Shown here: one piece after another, positions 49,801 to 62,881 of the stretch
Layout of the letters: each line of letters begins with the position of its first letter
Numbering within the stretch: position 1 is the stretch's first letter
Assembly (NCBI GenBank): GCA_964016885.1
Contig: OZ024740.1
Span: 429,908,001 to 429,972,000, forward strand
Length of the DNA stretch: 64,000 nucleotides
Source: Eledone cirrhosa
Taxonomy: Eukaryota
Reading direction: 5' to 3'
The notes under the pieces: model-generated
What the model saw: only the letters and a program-made list of their open reading frames with translations
Databases searched by the model: none
What the model was told of the DNA's origin: nothing
Program-made: the position numbers and the translations under genes

Positions 49801-52168
49801 ATATCATTACTGTTACATTATTCTACATAACAACCTAATATTACTACCTATATCATTACTGTTATATTATATTAAATAACAACCTAATATTACTACCTAT
49901 ATCATTACTGTTATATTATTCTAAATAACAACCTAATATTACTACCTATATCATTACTGGTATATTATTCTAAATAACAACCTAATATTACTACCTATAT
50001 CATTACTGTTATAATATTCTAAATAACAACCTAATATTACTACCTATATCATTACTGTTATATTATTTTAAATAACAAACTAATATTACTACCTATATTA
50101 TTACTGTTATATTATTCTAAATAACAACCTAATATTACTACCGATGTCATTACTGTTATATTATTTTAAATAACAACCTAATATTACTACCTATATCATT
50201 ACTGTTATATTATTCTAAATAACAACCTAATATTGCTACCTATATCATTACTGTTATATTATTCTAAATAACAACCTAATATTACTACCTATATCATTAC
50301 TGTTATATTATTCTAAATAATAACCTAATATTACTACCTATATCATTACTGTTATATTATTCTAAATAACAACCTAATATTACTACCTATATCATTACTG
50401 TTATATTATTCTAAACAACAACCTAATATTACTACCTATATCATTACTGTTATATTATTCTAAATAACAACCTATTATTACTACCTATATCATTACTGTT
50501 ATATTATTCTAAACAACAACCTAATATTACTACCTATATCATTACTGTTATATTATTCTAAATAATAACCTAATATTACTACCTATATCATTACTGTTAT
50601 ATTATTCTAAATAACAACCTAATATTACTACCTATATCATTACTGTTATATTATTCTAAATAACAACCTAATATTGCTACCTATATCATTACTGTTATAT
50701 TATTCTAAATAACAACCTAATATTACTACCTATATCATTACTGTTATATTATTCTAAATAACAACCTAATATTACTACCTATATCATTACTGTTATATTA
50801 TTCTAAATAACAACCTAATATTACTACCTATATCATTACTGTTATATTATTCTAAATAATAACCTAATATTACTACCTATATCATTACTGTTATATTATT
50901 CTAAATAACAACCTAATATTACTACCTATATCATTACTGTTATATTATTCTAAACAACAACCTAATATTACTACCTATATCATTACTGTTATATTATTCT
51001 AAATAACAACCTATTATTACTACCTATATCATTACTGTTATATTATTCTAAACAACAACCTAATATTACTACCTATATCATTACTGTTATATTATTCTAA
51101 ATAATAACCTAATATTACTACCTATATCATTACTGTTATATTATTCTAAATAACAACCTAATATTACTACCTATATCATTACTGTTATATTATTCTAAAT
51201 AACAACCTAATATTACTACCTATATCATTACTGTTATATTATTTTAAATAACAACCTAATATTACTACCTATATCATTACTGTTATATTATTATAAATAA
51301 CAACCTAATATTACTACCTATATCATTACTGTTATATTATTCTAAATACCAACCTAATATTACTACCTATATCATTACTGTTATATTATTCTAAATAACA
51401 ACCTAATATTACTACCTATATCATTACTGTTATATTATTCTAAATAACAACCTAATATTACTACCTATATCATTACTGTTATATTATTCTAAATAACAAC
51501 CTAATATTACTACCTATATCATTACTGTAATATTATTCTAAATAACAACCTAATATTACTACCTATATCATTACTGTTATATTATTCTAAATAACAACCT
51601 AATATTACTACCTATATCATTACTGTTATTTTATTCTAAATAATAACCTAATATTACTACCTATATCATTACTGTTATATTATTCTAAATAACAACCTAA
51701 TATTACTACCTATATCATTACTGTTATATTATTCTAAACGACAACCTAATATTACTACCTATATCATTACTGTTATATTATTCTAAATAACAACCTAATA
51801 TTACTACCTATATCATTACTGTTATATTATTCTAAACAACAACCTAATATTACTACCTATATCATTACTGTTATATTATTCTAAATAACAACCTAATATT
51901 ACTACCTATATCATTACTGTTATATTATTTTAAATAACAACCTAATATTACTACCTATATCATTACTTTTATATTATTCTAAATAACAACCTAATATTAC
52001 TACCTATATCATTACTGTTATATTATTCTAAATAGTAACCTAATATTACTACCTATATCATTACTGTTATATTATTCTAAATAACAACCTAATATTACTA
52101 CCTATATCATCACTGTTATATTATTCTAAATAACAACCTAATATTACTACCTATATCATTACTGTTAT

Positions 52169-52182
52169 ATTATTTTAAATAA
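52169..52182 (+). repeat. Left target-site duplication of SINE copy 1 (ATTATTTTAAATAA)
   Basis: Repeated at 52374-52387 as CTTATTTTAAATAA (13/14 match). Removing the element plus one copy restores a normal C-to-T variant monomer. Confidence 0.85.
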
Positions 52183-52373
52183 TATAGAGGGCGGTGGATT
52201 GGCAGTATCGGTAGAGAGTCGGACGCCATGCTTTCCAGCATAGTTACGTCTCTTTACGATCTGAGTTCAAATCCCGCCGAGGTTGACTTTGCCTTTCATC
52301 CTTACGGGGTCGATAAAATAAAGTACCAGTAATGCACTGGGTAATTGCTGGCCTTGTGCCTAAAGTAGAAACA
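52183..52373 (+). mobile_element. tRNA-derived SINE, copy 1 (191 bp; resembles octopus/cephalopod tRNA-SINEs)
   Basis: Abrupt GC-rich non-satellite segment with A box TGGCAGTATCGG, B box GTTCAAATCC and acceptor-stem-like GGCGG(52190-52194)/CCGCC(52274-52278). These are followed by a tRNA-unrelated body (GACTTTGCCTTTCATCCTTACGGGGTCGATAAAATAAAGTACCAG...). It is flanked by a direct repeat of the satellite target. The family resemblance is from memory, not from a search. Confidence 0.9.
52200..52274 (+). promoter_or_regulatory. Internal RNA Pol III type-2 promoter (A box 52200-52211, B box 52265-52274), SINE copy 1
   Basis: TGGCAGTATCGG approximates the TRGCNNARYNNG A box and GTTCAAATCC matches the GTTCRANNC B box. 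The ~53-bp gap is plausible for tRNA-type promoters. Confidence 0.75.
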
Positions 52374-52387
52374 CTTATTTTAAATAA
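52374..52387 (+). repeat. Right target-site duplication of SINE copy 1
   Basis: CTTATTTTAAATAA, followed by CAACCTAAT, where the satellite resumes. Confidence 0.85.
52378..52381 (+). terminator. Possible Pol III terminator (T4) supplied by the target site, copy 1
   Basis: First TTTT downstream of the A/B boxes; the element body contains only T3 runs. Confidence 0.4.
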
Positions 52388-55300
52388 CAACCTAATATTA
52401 CTACCTATATCATTACTGTTATATTATTATAAATAACAACCTAATATTACTACCTATATCATTACTGTTATATTATTCTAATAACAACCTAATATTACTA
52501 CCTATATCATTACTGTTATATTATTCTAAATAATGACCTAATATTACTACCTATATCATTACTGTTATATTATACTAAATAACAACCTAATATTACTACC
52601 TATATCATTACTGTTATATTATTCTAAATAACAACCTAATATTACTACCTATATCATTACTGTTATATTATTCTAAATAACAACCTAATATTACTACCTA
52701 TATCATTACTGTTATATTATTTTAAATAACAACCTAATATTACTACCTATATCATTACTGTTATATTATTCTAAATAACAACCTAATATTACTAACTATA
52801 TCATTACTGTTATATTATTCTAAATAACAACCTAATATTACTACCTATATCATTACTGTTATATTATTTTAAATAACAACCTAATATTACTACCTATATC
52901 ATTACTGTTATATTATTCTAAATAACAACCTAATATTACTACCTATATCATTACTGTTATATTATTCTAAATAACAACCTAATATTACTACCTATATCAT
53001 TACTGTTATATTATTCTAAATAATAACCTAATATTACTACCTATATCATTACTGTTATATTATTTTAAATAACAACCTAATATTACTACCTATATCATTA
53101 CTGTCATATTATTCTAAATAACAATTTAATATTACTACCTATATCATTACTGTTATATTATTCTAAATAACAACCTAATATTACTACCTATATCATTACT
53201 GTTATATTATTCTAAATAACAACCTAATATTACTACCTATATCATTACTGTTATATTATTCTAAATAACAACCTAATATTACAACCTATATCATTACTGT
53301 TATATTATTCTGAATAACAACCTAATATTACAACCTATATCATTACTGTTATATTATTCTAAATAACAACATAATATTACAACCTATATCATTACTGTTA
53401 TATTATTCTAAATAACAACCTAATATTACTACCTATATCATTACTGTTATATTATTCTAAATAACAACCTAATATTACTATCTATATCATTACTGTTATA
53501 TTATTCTAAATAACAACCTAATATTACTACCTATATCATTACTGTTATATTATTCTAAACAACAACCTAATATTACTACCTATATCATTACTGTTATATT
53601 ATTCTAAATAACAACCTAATATTACTACCTATATCATTACTGTTATATTATTCTAAACAACAACCTAATATTACTACCTATATCATTACTGTTATATTAT
53701 TCTAAATAACAACCTAATATTACTACCTATATCATTACTGTTATATTATTTTAAATAACAACCTAATATTACTACCTATATCATTACTTTTATATTATTC
53801 TAAATAACAACCTAATATTACTACCTATATCATTACTGTTATATTATTCTAAATAATAACCTAATATTACTACCTATATCATTACTGTTATATTATTCTA
53901 AATAACAACCTAATATTACTACCTATGTCATTACTGTTATATTATTTTAAATAACAACCTAATATTACTACCTATATCATTACTGTTATATTATTCTAAA
54001 TAACAACCTAATATTGCTACCTATATCATTACTGTTATATTATTCTAAATAACAACCTAATATTACTACCTATATCATTACTGTTATATTATTCTAAATA
54101 ACAACCTAATATTACTACCTATATCATTACTGTTATATTATTCTAAATAATAACCTAATATTACTACCTATATCATTACTGTTATATTATTTTAAATAAC
54201 AACCTAATATTACTACCTATATCATTACTTTTATATTATTCTAAATAACAACCTAATATTACTACCTATATCATTACTGTTATATTATTCTAAATAATAA
54301 CCTAATATTACTACCTATATCATTACTGTTATATTATTCTAAATAACAACCTAATATTACTACCTATATCATTACTGTTATATTATTCTAAATAACAACC
54401 TAATATTACTACTTATATCATTACTGTTATATTATTTTAAATAACAACCTAATATTACTACCTATATCATTACTGTTATATTATTATAAATAACAACCTA
54501 ATATTACTACCTATATCATTACTGTTATATTATTCTAAATAACAACCTAATATTTCTACCTATATCATTACTGTTATATTATTCTAAATAACAACCTAAT
54601 ATTACTACCTATATCATTACTGTTATATTATTCTAAATAACAACCTAATATTACTACCTATATCATTACTGTTATATTATTCTAAATAACAACCTAATAT
54701 GACTACCTATATCATTACTGTTATATTATTCTAAATAACAACCTAATATTACTACCTATATCATTACTGTTATATTATTCTAAATAACAACCTAATATTA
54801 CAACCTATATCATTACTGTTATATTATTCTAAATAACAACCTAATATTACTACCTATATCATTACTGTTATATTATTTTAAATAACAACCTAATATTACT
54901 ACCTATATCATTACTGTTATATTATTCTAAATAACAACCTAATATTACTACCTATATCATTACTGTTATATTATTCTAAATAATAACCTAATATTACTAC
55001 CTATATCATTACTGTTATATTATTCTAAATAACAACCTAATATTACTACCTATATCATTACTGTTATATTATTCTAAATAACAACCTAATATTACTACCT
55101 ATATCATTACTGTTATATTATTCTAAATAACAACCTAATATTACTACCTATATCATTACTGTTATATTATTTTAAATAACAACCTAATATTACTACCTAT
55201 ATCATTACTGTTATATTATTCTAAATAACAACCTAATATTACTAACTATATCATTACTGTTATATTATTCTAAATAACAACCTAATATTACTACCTATAT

Positions 55301-58300
55301 CATTACTGTTATATTATTCTAAATAACAACCTAATATTACTACCTATATCATTACTGTTATATTATTCTAAATAACAACCTAATATTACTACCTATATCA
55401 TTACTGTTATATTATTCTAAATAATAACCTAATATTACTACCTATATCATTACTGTTATATTATTCTAAATAACAACCTAATATTACTACCTATATCATT
55501 ACTGTTATATTATTCTAAACAACAACCTAATATTACTACCTATATCATTACTGTTACATTATTCTACATAACAACCTAATATTACTACCTATATCATTAC
55601 TGTTATATTATATTAAATAACAACCTAATATTACTACCTATATCATTACTGTTATATTATTCTAAATAACAACCTAATATTACTACCTATATCATTACTG
55701 GTATATTATTCTAAATAACAACCTAATATTACTACCTATATCATTACTGTTATAATATTCTAAATAACAACCTAATATTACTACCTATATCATTACTGTT
55801 ATATTATTTTAAATAACAACCTAATATTACTACCTATATTATTACTGTTATATTATTCTAAATAACAACCTAATATTACTACCTATGTCATTACTGTTAT
55901 ATTATTTTAAATAACAACCTAATATTACTACCTATATCATTACTGTTATATTATTCTAAATAACAACCTAATATTGCTACCTATATCATTACTGTTATAT
56001 TATTCTAAATAACAACCTAATATTACTACCTATATCATTACTGTTATATTATTCTAAATAACAACCTAATATTACTACCTATATCATTACTGTTATATTA
56101 TTCTAAATAATAACCTAATATTACTACCTATATCATTACTGTTATATTATTCTAAATAACAACCTAATATTACTACCTATATCATTACTGTTATATTATT
56201 CTAAACAACAACCTAATATTACTACCTATATCATTACTGTTATATTATTCTAAATAACAACCTATTATTACTACCTATATCATTACTGTTATATTATTCT
56301 AAACAACAACCTAATATTACTACCTATATCATTACTGTTATATTATTCTAAATAATAACCTAATATTACTACCTATATCATTACTGTTATATTATTCTAA
56401 ATAACAACCTAATATTACTACCTATATCATTACTGTTATATTATTCTAAATAACAACCTAATATTGCTACCTATATCATTACTGTTATATTATTCTAAAT
56501 AACAACCTAATATTACTACCTATATCATTACTGTTATATTATTCTAAATAACAACCTAATATTACTACCTATATCATTACTGTTATATTATTCTAAATAA
56601 CAACCTAATATTACTACCTATATCATTACTGTTATATTATTCTAAATAATAACCTAATATTACTACCTATATCATTACTGTTATATTATTCTAAATAACA
56701 ACCTAATATTACTACCTATATCATTACTGTTATATTATTCTAAACAACAACCTAATATTACTACCTATATCATTACTGTTATATTATTCTAAATAACAAC
56801 CTATTATTACTACCTATATCATTACTGTTATATTATTCTAAACAACAACCTAATATTACTACCTATATCATTACTGTTATATTATTCTAAATAATAACCT
56901 AATATTACTACCTATATCATTACTGTTATATTATTCTAAATAACAACCTAATATTACTACCTATATCATTACTGTTATATTATTCTAAATAACAACCTAA
57001 TATTACTACCTATATCATTACTGTTATATTATTTTAAATAACAACCTAATATTACTACCTATATCATTACTGTTATATTATTATAAATAACAACCTAATA
57101 TTACTACCTATATCATTACTGTTATATTATTCTAAATACCAACCTAATATTACTACCTATATCATTACTGTTATATTATTCTAAATAACAACCTAATATT
57201 ACTACCTATATCATTACTGTTATATTATTCTAAATAACAACCTAATATTACTACCTATATCATTACTGTTATATTATTCTAAATAACAACCTAATATTAC
57301 TACCTATATCATTACTGTTATATTATTCTAAATAACAACCTAATATTACTACCTATATCATTACTGTTATATTATTCTAAATAACAACCTAATATTACTA
57401 CCTATATCATTACTGTTATTTTATTCTAAATAATAACCTAATATTACTACCTATATCATTACTGTTATATTATTCTAAATAACAACCTAATATTACTACC
57501 TATATCATTACTGTTATATTATTCTAAACGACAACCTTATATTACTACCTATATCATTACTGTTATATTATTCTAAATAATAACCTAATATTACTACCTA
57601 TATCATTACTGTTATATTATTCTAAATAACAACCTAATATTACTACCTATATCATTACTGTTATATTATTCTAAATAACAACCTAATATTACTACCTATA
57701 TCATTACTGTTATATTATTCTAAACAACAACCTAATACTACTACCTATATCATTACTGTTATATTATTCTAAATAACAACGTAATATTACTACCTATATC
57801 ATTACTGTTATATTATTCTAAATAACAACCTAATATTACTACCTATATCATTACTGTTATATTATTCTAAATAACAACCTAATATTACTACCTATATCAT
57901 TACTGTTATATTATTCTAAATAATAACCTAATATTACTACCTATATCATTACTGTTATATTATTTTAAATAACAACCTAATATTACTACCTATATCATTA
58001 CTGTCATATTATTCTAAATAACAATTTAATATTACTACCTATATCATTACTGTTATATTATTCTAAATAACAACCTAATATTACTACCTATATCATTACT
58101 GTTATATTATTCTAAATAACAACCTAATATTACTACCTATATCATTACTGTTATATTATTCTAAATAACAACCTAATATTACAACCTATATCATTACTGT
58201 TATATTATTCTGAATAACAACCTAATATTACAACCTATATCATTACTGTTATATTATTCTAAATAACAACATAATATTACAACCTATATCATTACTGTTA

Positions 58301-58749
58301 TATTATTCTAAATAACAACCTAATATTACTACCTATATCATTACTGTTATATTATTCTAAATAACAACCTAATATTACTATCTATATCATTACTGTTATA
58401 TTATTCTAAATAACAACCTAATATTACTACCTATATCATTACTGTTATATTATTCTAAACAACAACCTAATATTACTACCTATATCATTACTGTTATATT
58501 ATTCTAAATAACAACCTAATATTACTACCTATATCATTACTGTTATATTATTCTAAACAACAACCTAATATTACTACCTATATCATTACTGTTATATTAT
58601 TCTAAATAACAACCTAATATTACTACCTATATCATTACTGTTATATTATTTTAAATAACAACCTAATATTACTACCTATATCATTACTTTTATATTATTC
58701 TAAATAACAACCTAATATTACTACCTATATCATTACTGTTATATTATTC

Positions 58750-61700
58750 TAAATAATAACCTAATATTACTACCTATATCATTACTGTTATATTATTCTA
58801 AATAACAACCTAATATTACTACCTATATCATTACTGTTATATTATTCTAAATAACAACCTAATATTACTACCTATATCATTACTGTTATATTATTTTAAA
58901 TAACAACCTAATATTACTACCTATATCATTACTGTTATATTATTATAAATAACAACCTAATATTACTACCTATATCATTACTGTTATATTATTCTAAATA
59001 ACAACCTAATATTTCTACCTATATCATTACTGTTATATTATTCTAAATAACAACCTAATATTACTACCTATATCATTACTGTTATATTATTCTAAATAAC
59101 AACCTAATATTACTACCTATATCATTACTGTTATATTATTCTAAATAACAACCTAATATTACTGCCTATATCATTACTGTTATATTATTCTAAATAACAA
59201 CCTAATATTACTACCTATATCATTACTGTTATATTATTCTAAATAACAACCTAATATTACTACCTATATCATTACTGTTATATTATTCTAAATAACAACC
59301 TAATATTACAACCTATATCATTACTGTTATATTATTCTAAATAACAACCTAATATTACTACCTATATCATTACTGTTATATTATTTTAAATAACAACCTA
59401 ATATTACTACCTATATCATTACTGTTATATTATTCTAAATAACAACCTAATATTACTACCTATATCATTACTGTTATATTATTCTAAATAATAACCTAAT
59501 ATTACTACCTATATCATTACTGTTATATTATTCTAAATAACAACCTAATATTACTACCTATATCATTACTGTTATATTATTCTAAATAACAACCTAATAT
59601 TACTACCTATATCATTACTGTTATATTATTCTAAATAACAACCTAATATTACTACCTATATCATTACTGTTATATTATTTTAAATAACAACCTAATATTA
59701 CTACCTATATCATTACTGTTATATTATTCTAAATAACAACCTAATATTACTAACTATATCATTACTGTTATATTATTCTAAATAACAACCTAATATTACT
59801 ACCTATATCATTACTGTTATATTATTCTAAATAACAACCTAATATTACTACCTATATCATTACTGTTATATTATTCTAAATAACAACCTAATATTACTAC
59901 CTATATCATTACTGTTATATTATTCTAAATAATAACCTAATATTACTACCTATATCATTACTGTTATATTATTCTAAATAACAACCTAATATTACTACCT
60001 ATATCATTACTGTTATATTATTCTAAACAACAACCTAATATTACTACCTATATCATTACTGTTACATTATTCTACATAACAACCTAATATTACTACCTAT
60101 ATCATTACTGTTATATTATATTAAATAACAACCTAATATTACTACCTATATCATTACTGTTATATTATTCTAAATAACAACCTAATATTACTACCTATAT
60201 CATTACTGGTATATTATTCTAAATAACAACCTAATATTACTACCTATATCATTACTCTTATAATATTCTAAATAACAACCTAATATTACTACCTATATCA
60301 TTACTGTTATATTATTTTAAATAACAACCTAATATTACTACCTATATTATTACTGTTATATTATTCTAAATAACAACCTAATATTACTACCTATGTCATT
60401 ACTGTTATATTATTTTAAATAACAACCTAATATTACTACCTATATCATTACTGTTATATTATTCTAAATAACAACCTAATATTGCTACCTATATCATTAC
60501 TGTTATATTATTCTAAATAACAACCTAATATTACTACCTATATCATTACTGTTATATTATTCTAAATAACAACCTAATATTACTACCTATATCATTACTG
60601 TTATATTATTCTAAATAATAACCTAATATTACTACCTATATCATTACTGTTATATTATTCTAAATAACAACCTAATATTACTACCTATATCATTACTGTT
60701 ATATTATTCTAAACAACAACCTAATATTACTACCTATATCATTACTGTTATATTATTCTAAATAATAACCTAATATTACTACCTATATCATTACTGTTAT
60801 ATTATTCTAAATAACAACCTAATATTACTACCTATATCATTACTGTTATATTATTCTAAATAACAACCTAATATTACTACCTATATCATTACTGTTATAT
60901 TATTTTAAATAACAACCTAATATTACTACCTATATCATTACTGTTATATTATTATAAATAACAACCTAATATTACTACCTATATCATTACTGTTATATTA
61001 TTCTAAATAACAACCTAATATTTCTACCTATATCATTACTGTTATATTATTCTAAATAACAACCTAATATTACTACCTATATCATTACTGTTATATTATT
61101 CTAAATAACAACCTAATATTACTACCTATATCATTACTGTTATATTATTCTAAATAACAACCTAATATTACTGCCTATATCATTACTGTTATATTATTCT
61201 AAATAACAACCTAATATTACTACCTATATCATTACTGTTATATTATTCTAAATAACAACCTAATATTACTACCTATATCATTACTGTTATATTATTCTAA
61301 ATAACAACCTAATATTACAACCTATATCATTACTGTTATATTATTCTAAATAACAACCTAATATTACTACCTATATCATTACTGTTATATTATTTTAAAT
61401 AACAACCTAATATTACTACCTATATCATTACTGTTATATTATTCTAAATAACAACCTAATATTACTACCTATATCATTACTGTTATATTATTCTAAATAA
61501 TAACCTAATATTACTACCTATATCATTACTGTTATGTTATTCTAAATAACAACCTAATATTACTACCTATATCATTACTGTTATATTATTCTAAATAACA
61601 ACCTAATATTACTACCTATATCATTACTGTTATATTATTCTAAATAACAACCTAATATTACTACCTATATCATTACTGTTATATTATTTTAAATAACAAC

Positions 61701-62430
61701 CTAATATTACTACCTATATCATTACTGTTATATTATTCTAAATAACAACCTAATATTACTAACTATATCATTACTGTTATATTATTCTAAATAACAACCT
61801 AATATTACTACCTATATCATTACTGTTATATTATTCTAAATAACAACCTAATATTACTACCTATATCATTACTGTTATATTATTCTAAATAACAACCTAA
61901 TATTACTACCTATATCATTACTGTTATATTATTCTAAATAATAACCTAATATTACTACCTATATCATTACTGTTATATTATTCTAAATAACAACCTAATA
62001 TTACTACCTATATCATTACTGTTATATTATTCTAAACAACAACCTAATATTACTACCTATATCATTACTGTTACATTATTCTACATAACAACCTAATATT
62101 ACTACCTATATCATTACTGTTATATTATATTAAATAACAACCTAATATTACTACCTATATCATTACTGTTATATTATTCTAAATAACAACCTAATATTAC
62201 TACCTATATCATTACTGGTATATTATTCTAAATAACAACCTAATATTACTACCTATATCATTACTGTTATAATATTCTAAATAACAACCTAATATTACTA
62301 CCTATATCATTACTGTTATATTATTTTAAATAACAACCTAATATTACTACCTATATTATTACTGTTATATTATTCTAAATAACAACCTAATATTACTACC
62401 TATGTCATTACTGTTATATTATTTTAAATA
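58750..62430. repeat. Tandem duplication, period 2,009 bp (41 monomers); boundaries approximate
   Basis: Variant pairs 59164/61173, 60065/62074 and 60209/62218. The same period is seen at 47951/49960. Confidence 0.8.
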
Positions 62431-62662
62431 ACAACCTAATATTACTACCTATATCATTACTTTTATATTATTCTAAATAACAACCTAATATTACTACCTA
62501 TATCATTACTGTTATATTATTCTAAATAGTAACCTAATATTACTACCTATATCATTACTGTTATATTATTCTAAATAACAACCTAATATTACTACCTATA
62601 TCATTACTGTTATATTATTCTAAATAACAACCTAATATTACTACCTATATCATTACTGTTAT

Positions 62663-62676
62663 ATTATTTTAAATGA
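62663..62676 (+). repeat. Left target-site duplication of SINE copy 2 (ATTATTTTAAATGA)
   Basis: 13/14 match to the right copy ATTATTTTAAATAA at 62868-62881. Confidence 0.85.
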
Positions 62677-62867
62677 TATAGAGGGCGGTGGATTGGCAGT
62701 ATCGGTAGAGAGTCGGACGCCATGCTTTCCAGCATAGTTACGTCTCTTTACGATCTGAGTTCAAATCCCGCCGAGGTTGACTTTGCCTTTCATCCTTACG
62801 GGGTCGATAAAATAAAGTACCAGTAATGCACTGGGTAATTGCTGGCCTTGTGCCTAAAGTAGAAACA
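62677..62867 (+). mobile_element. tRNA-derived SINE, copy 2 (identical to copy 1)
   Basis: Base-by-base identical by eye to 52183-52373 (offset 10,494), at the same position within the monomer and in the same orientation. Confidence 0.9.
62694..62768 (+). promoter_or_regulatory. Internal RNA Pol III type-2 promoter (A box 62694-62705, B box 62759-62768), SINE copy 2
   Basis: Same motifs as in copy 1. Confidence 0.75.
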
Positions 62868-62881
62868 ATTATTTTAAATAA
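62868..62881 (+). repeat. Right target-site duplication of SINE copy 2
   Basis: ATTATTTTAAATAA, followed by CAACCTAAT, where the satellite resumes. Confidence 0.85.
62872..62875 (+). terminator. Possible Pol III terminator (T4) supplied by the target site, copy 2
   Basis: First TTTT downstream of the A/B boxes. Confidence 0.4.

Larger units (their letters stand above)
48100..57570. repeat. Duplicated block ~48100-51780 / ~53890-57570, offset 5,790 bp, flanking SINE copy 1
   Basis: Variant pairs 48137/53927, 50475/56265, 51349/57139, 51630/57420 and 51740/57530. 5,790 = 114x49 - 1 + 205 (SINE plus TSD). Internal one-monomer shifts are present. Confidence 0.8.

Noticed and set aside
52189-52279. 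Functional tRNA gene
   Set aside because: A/B boxes and a partial acceptor stem are present, but I cannot fold a proper T-stem or anticodon arm, and it continues into a ~95-bp unrelated body bounded by a TSD, as expected for a SINE head.
52169-52387. DNA transposon/MITE or L1-type TTTT/AA-targeted insertion
   Set aside because: There are no terminal inverted repeats. TTTTAA lies in the middle of the TSD rather than at its edge, and there is no poly(A) tail.
14055-52485. Isolated 1-bp indels (near 14060, 17563, 21628, 21761, 34104, 37573, 52480)
   Set aside because: They are singletons, mostly in short homopolymers, and cannot be distinguished from sequencing or consensus errors without reads.
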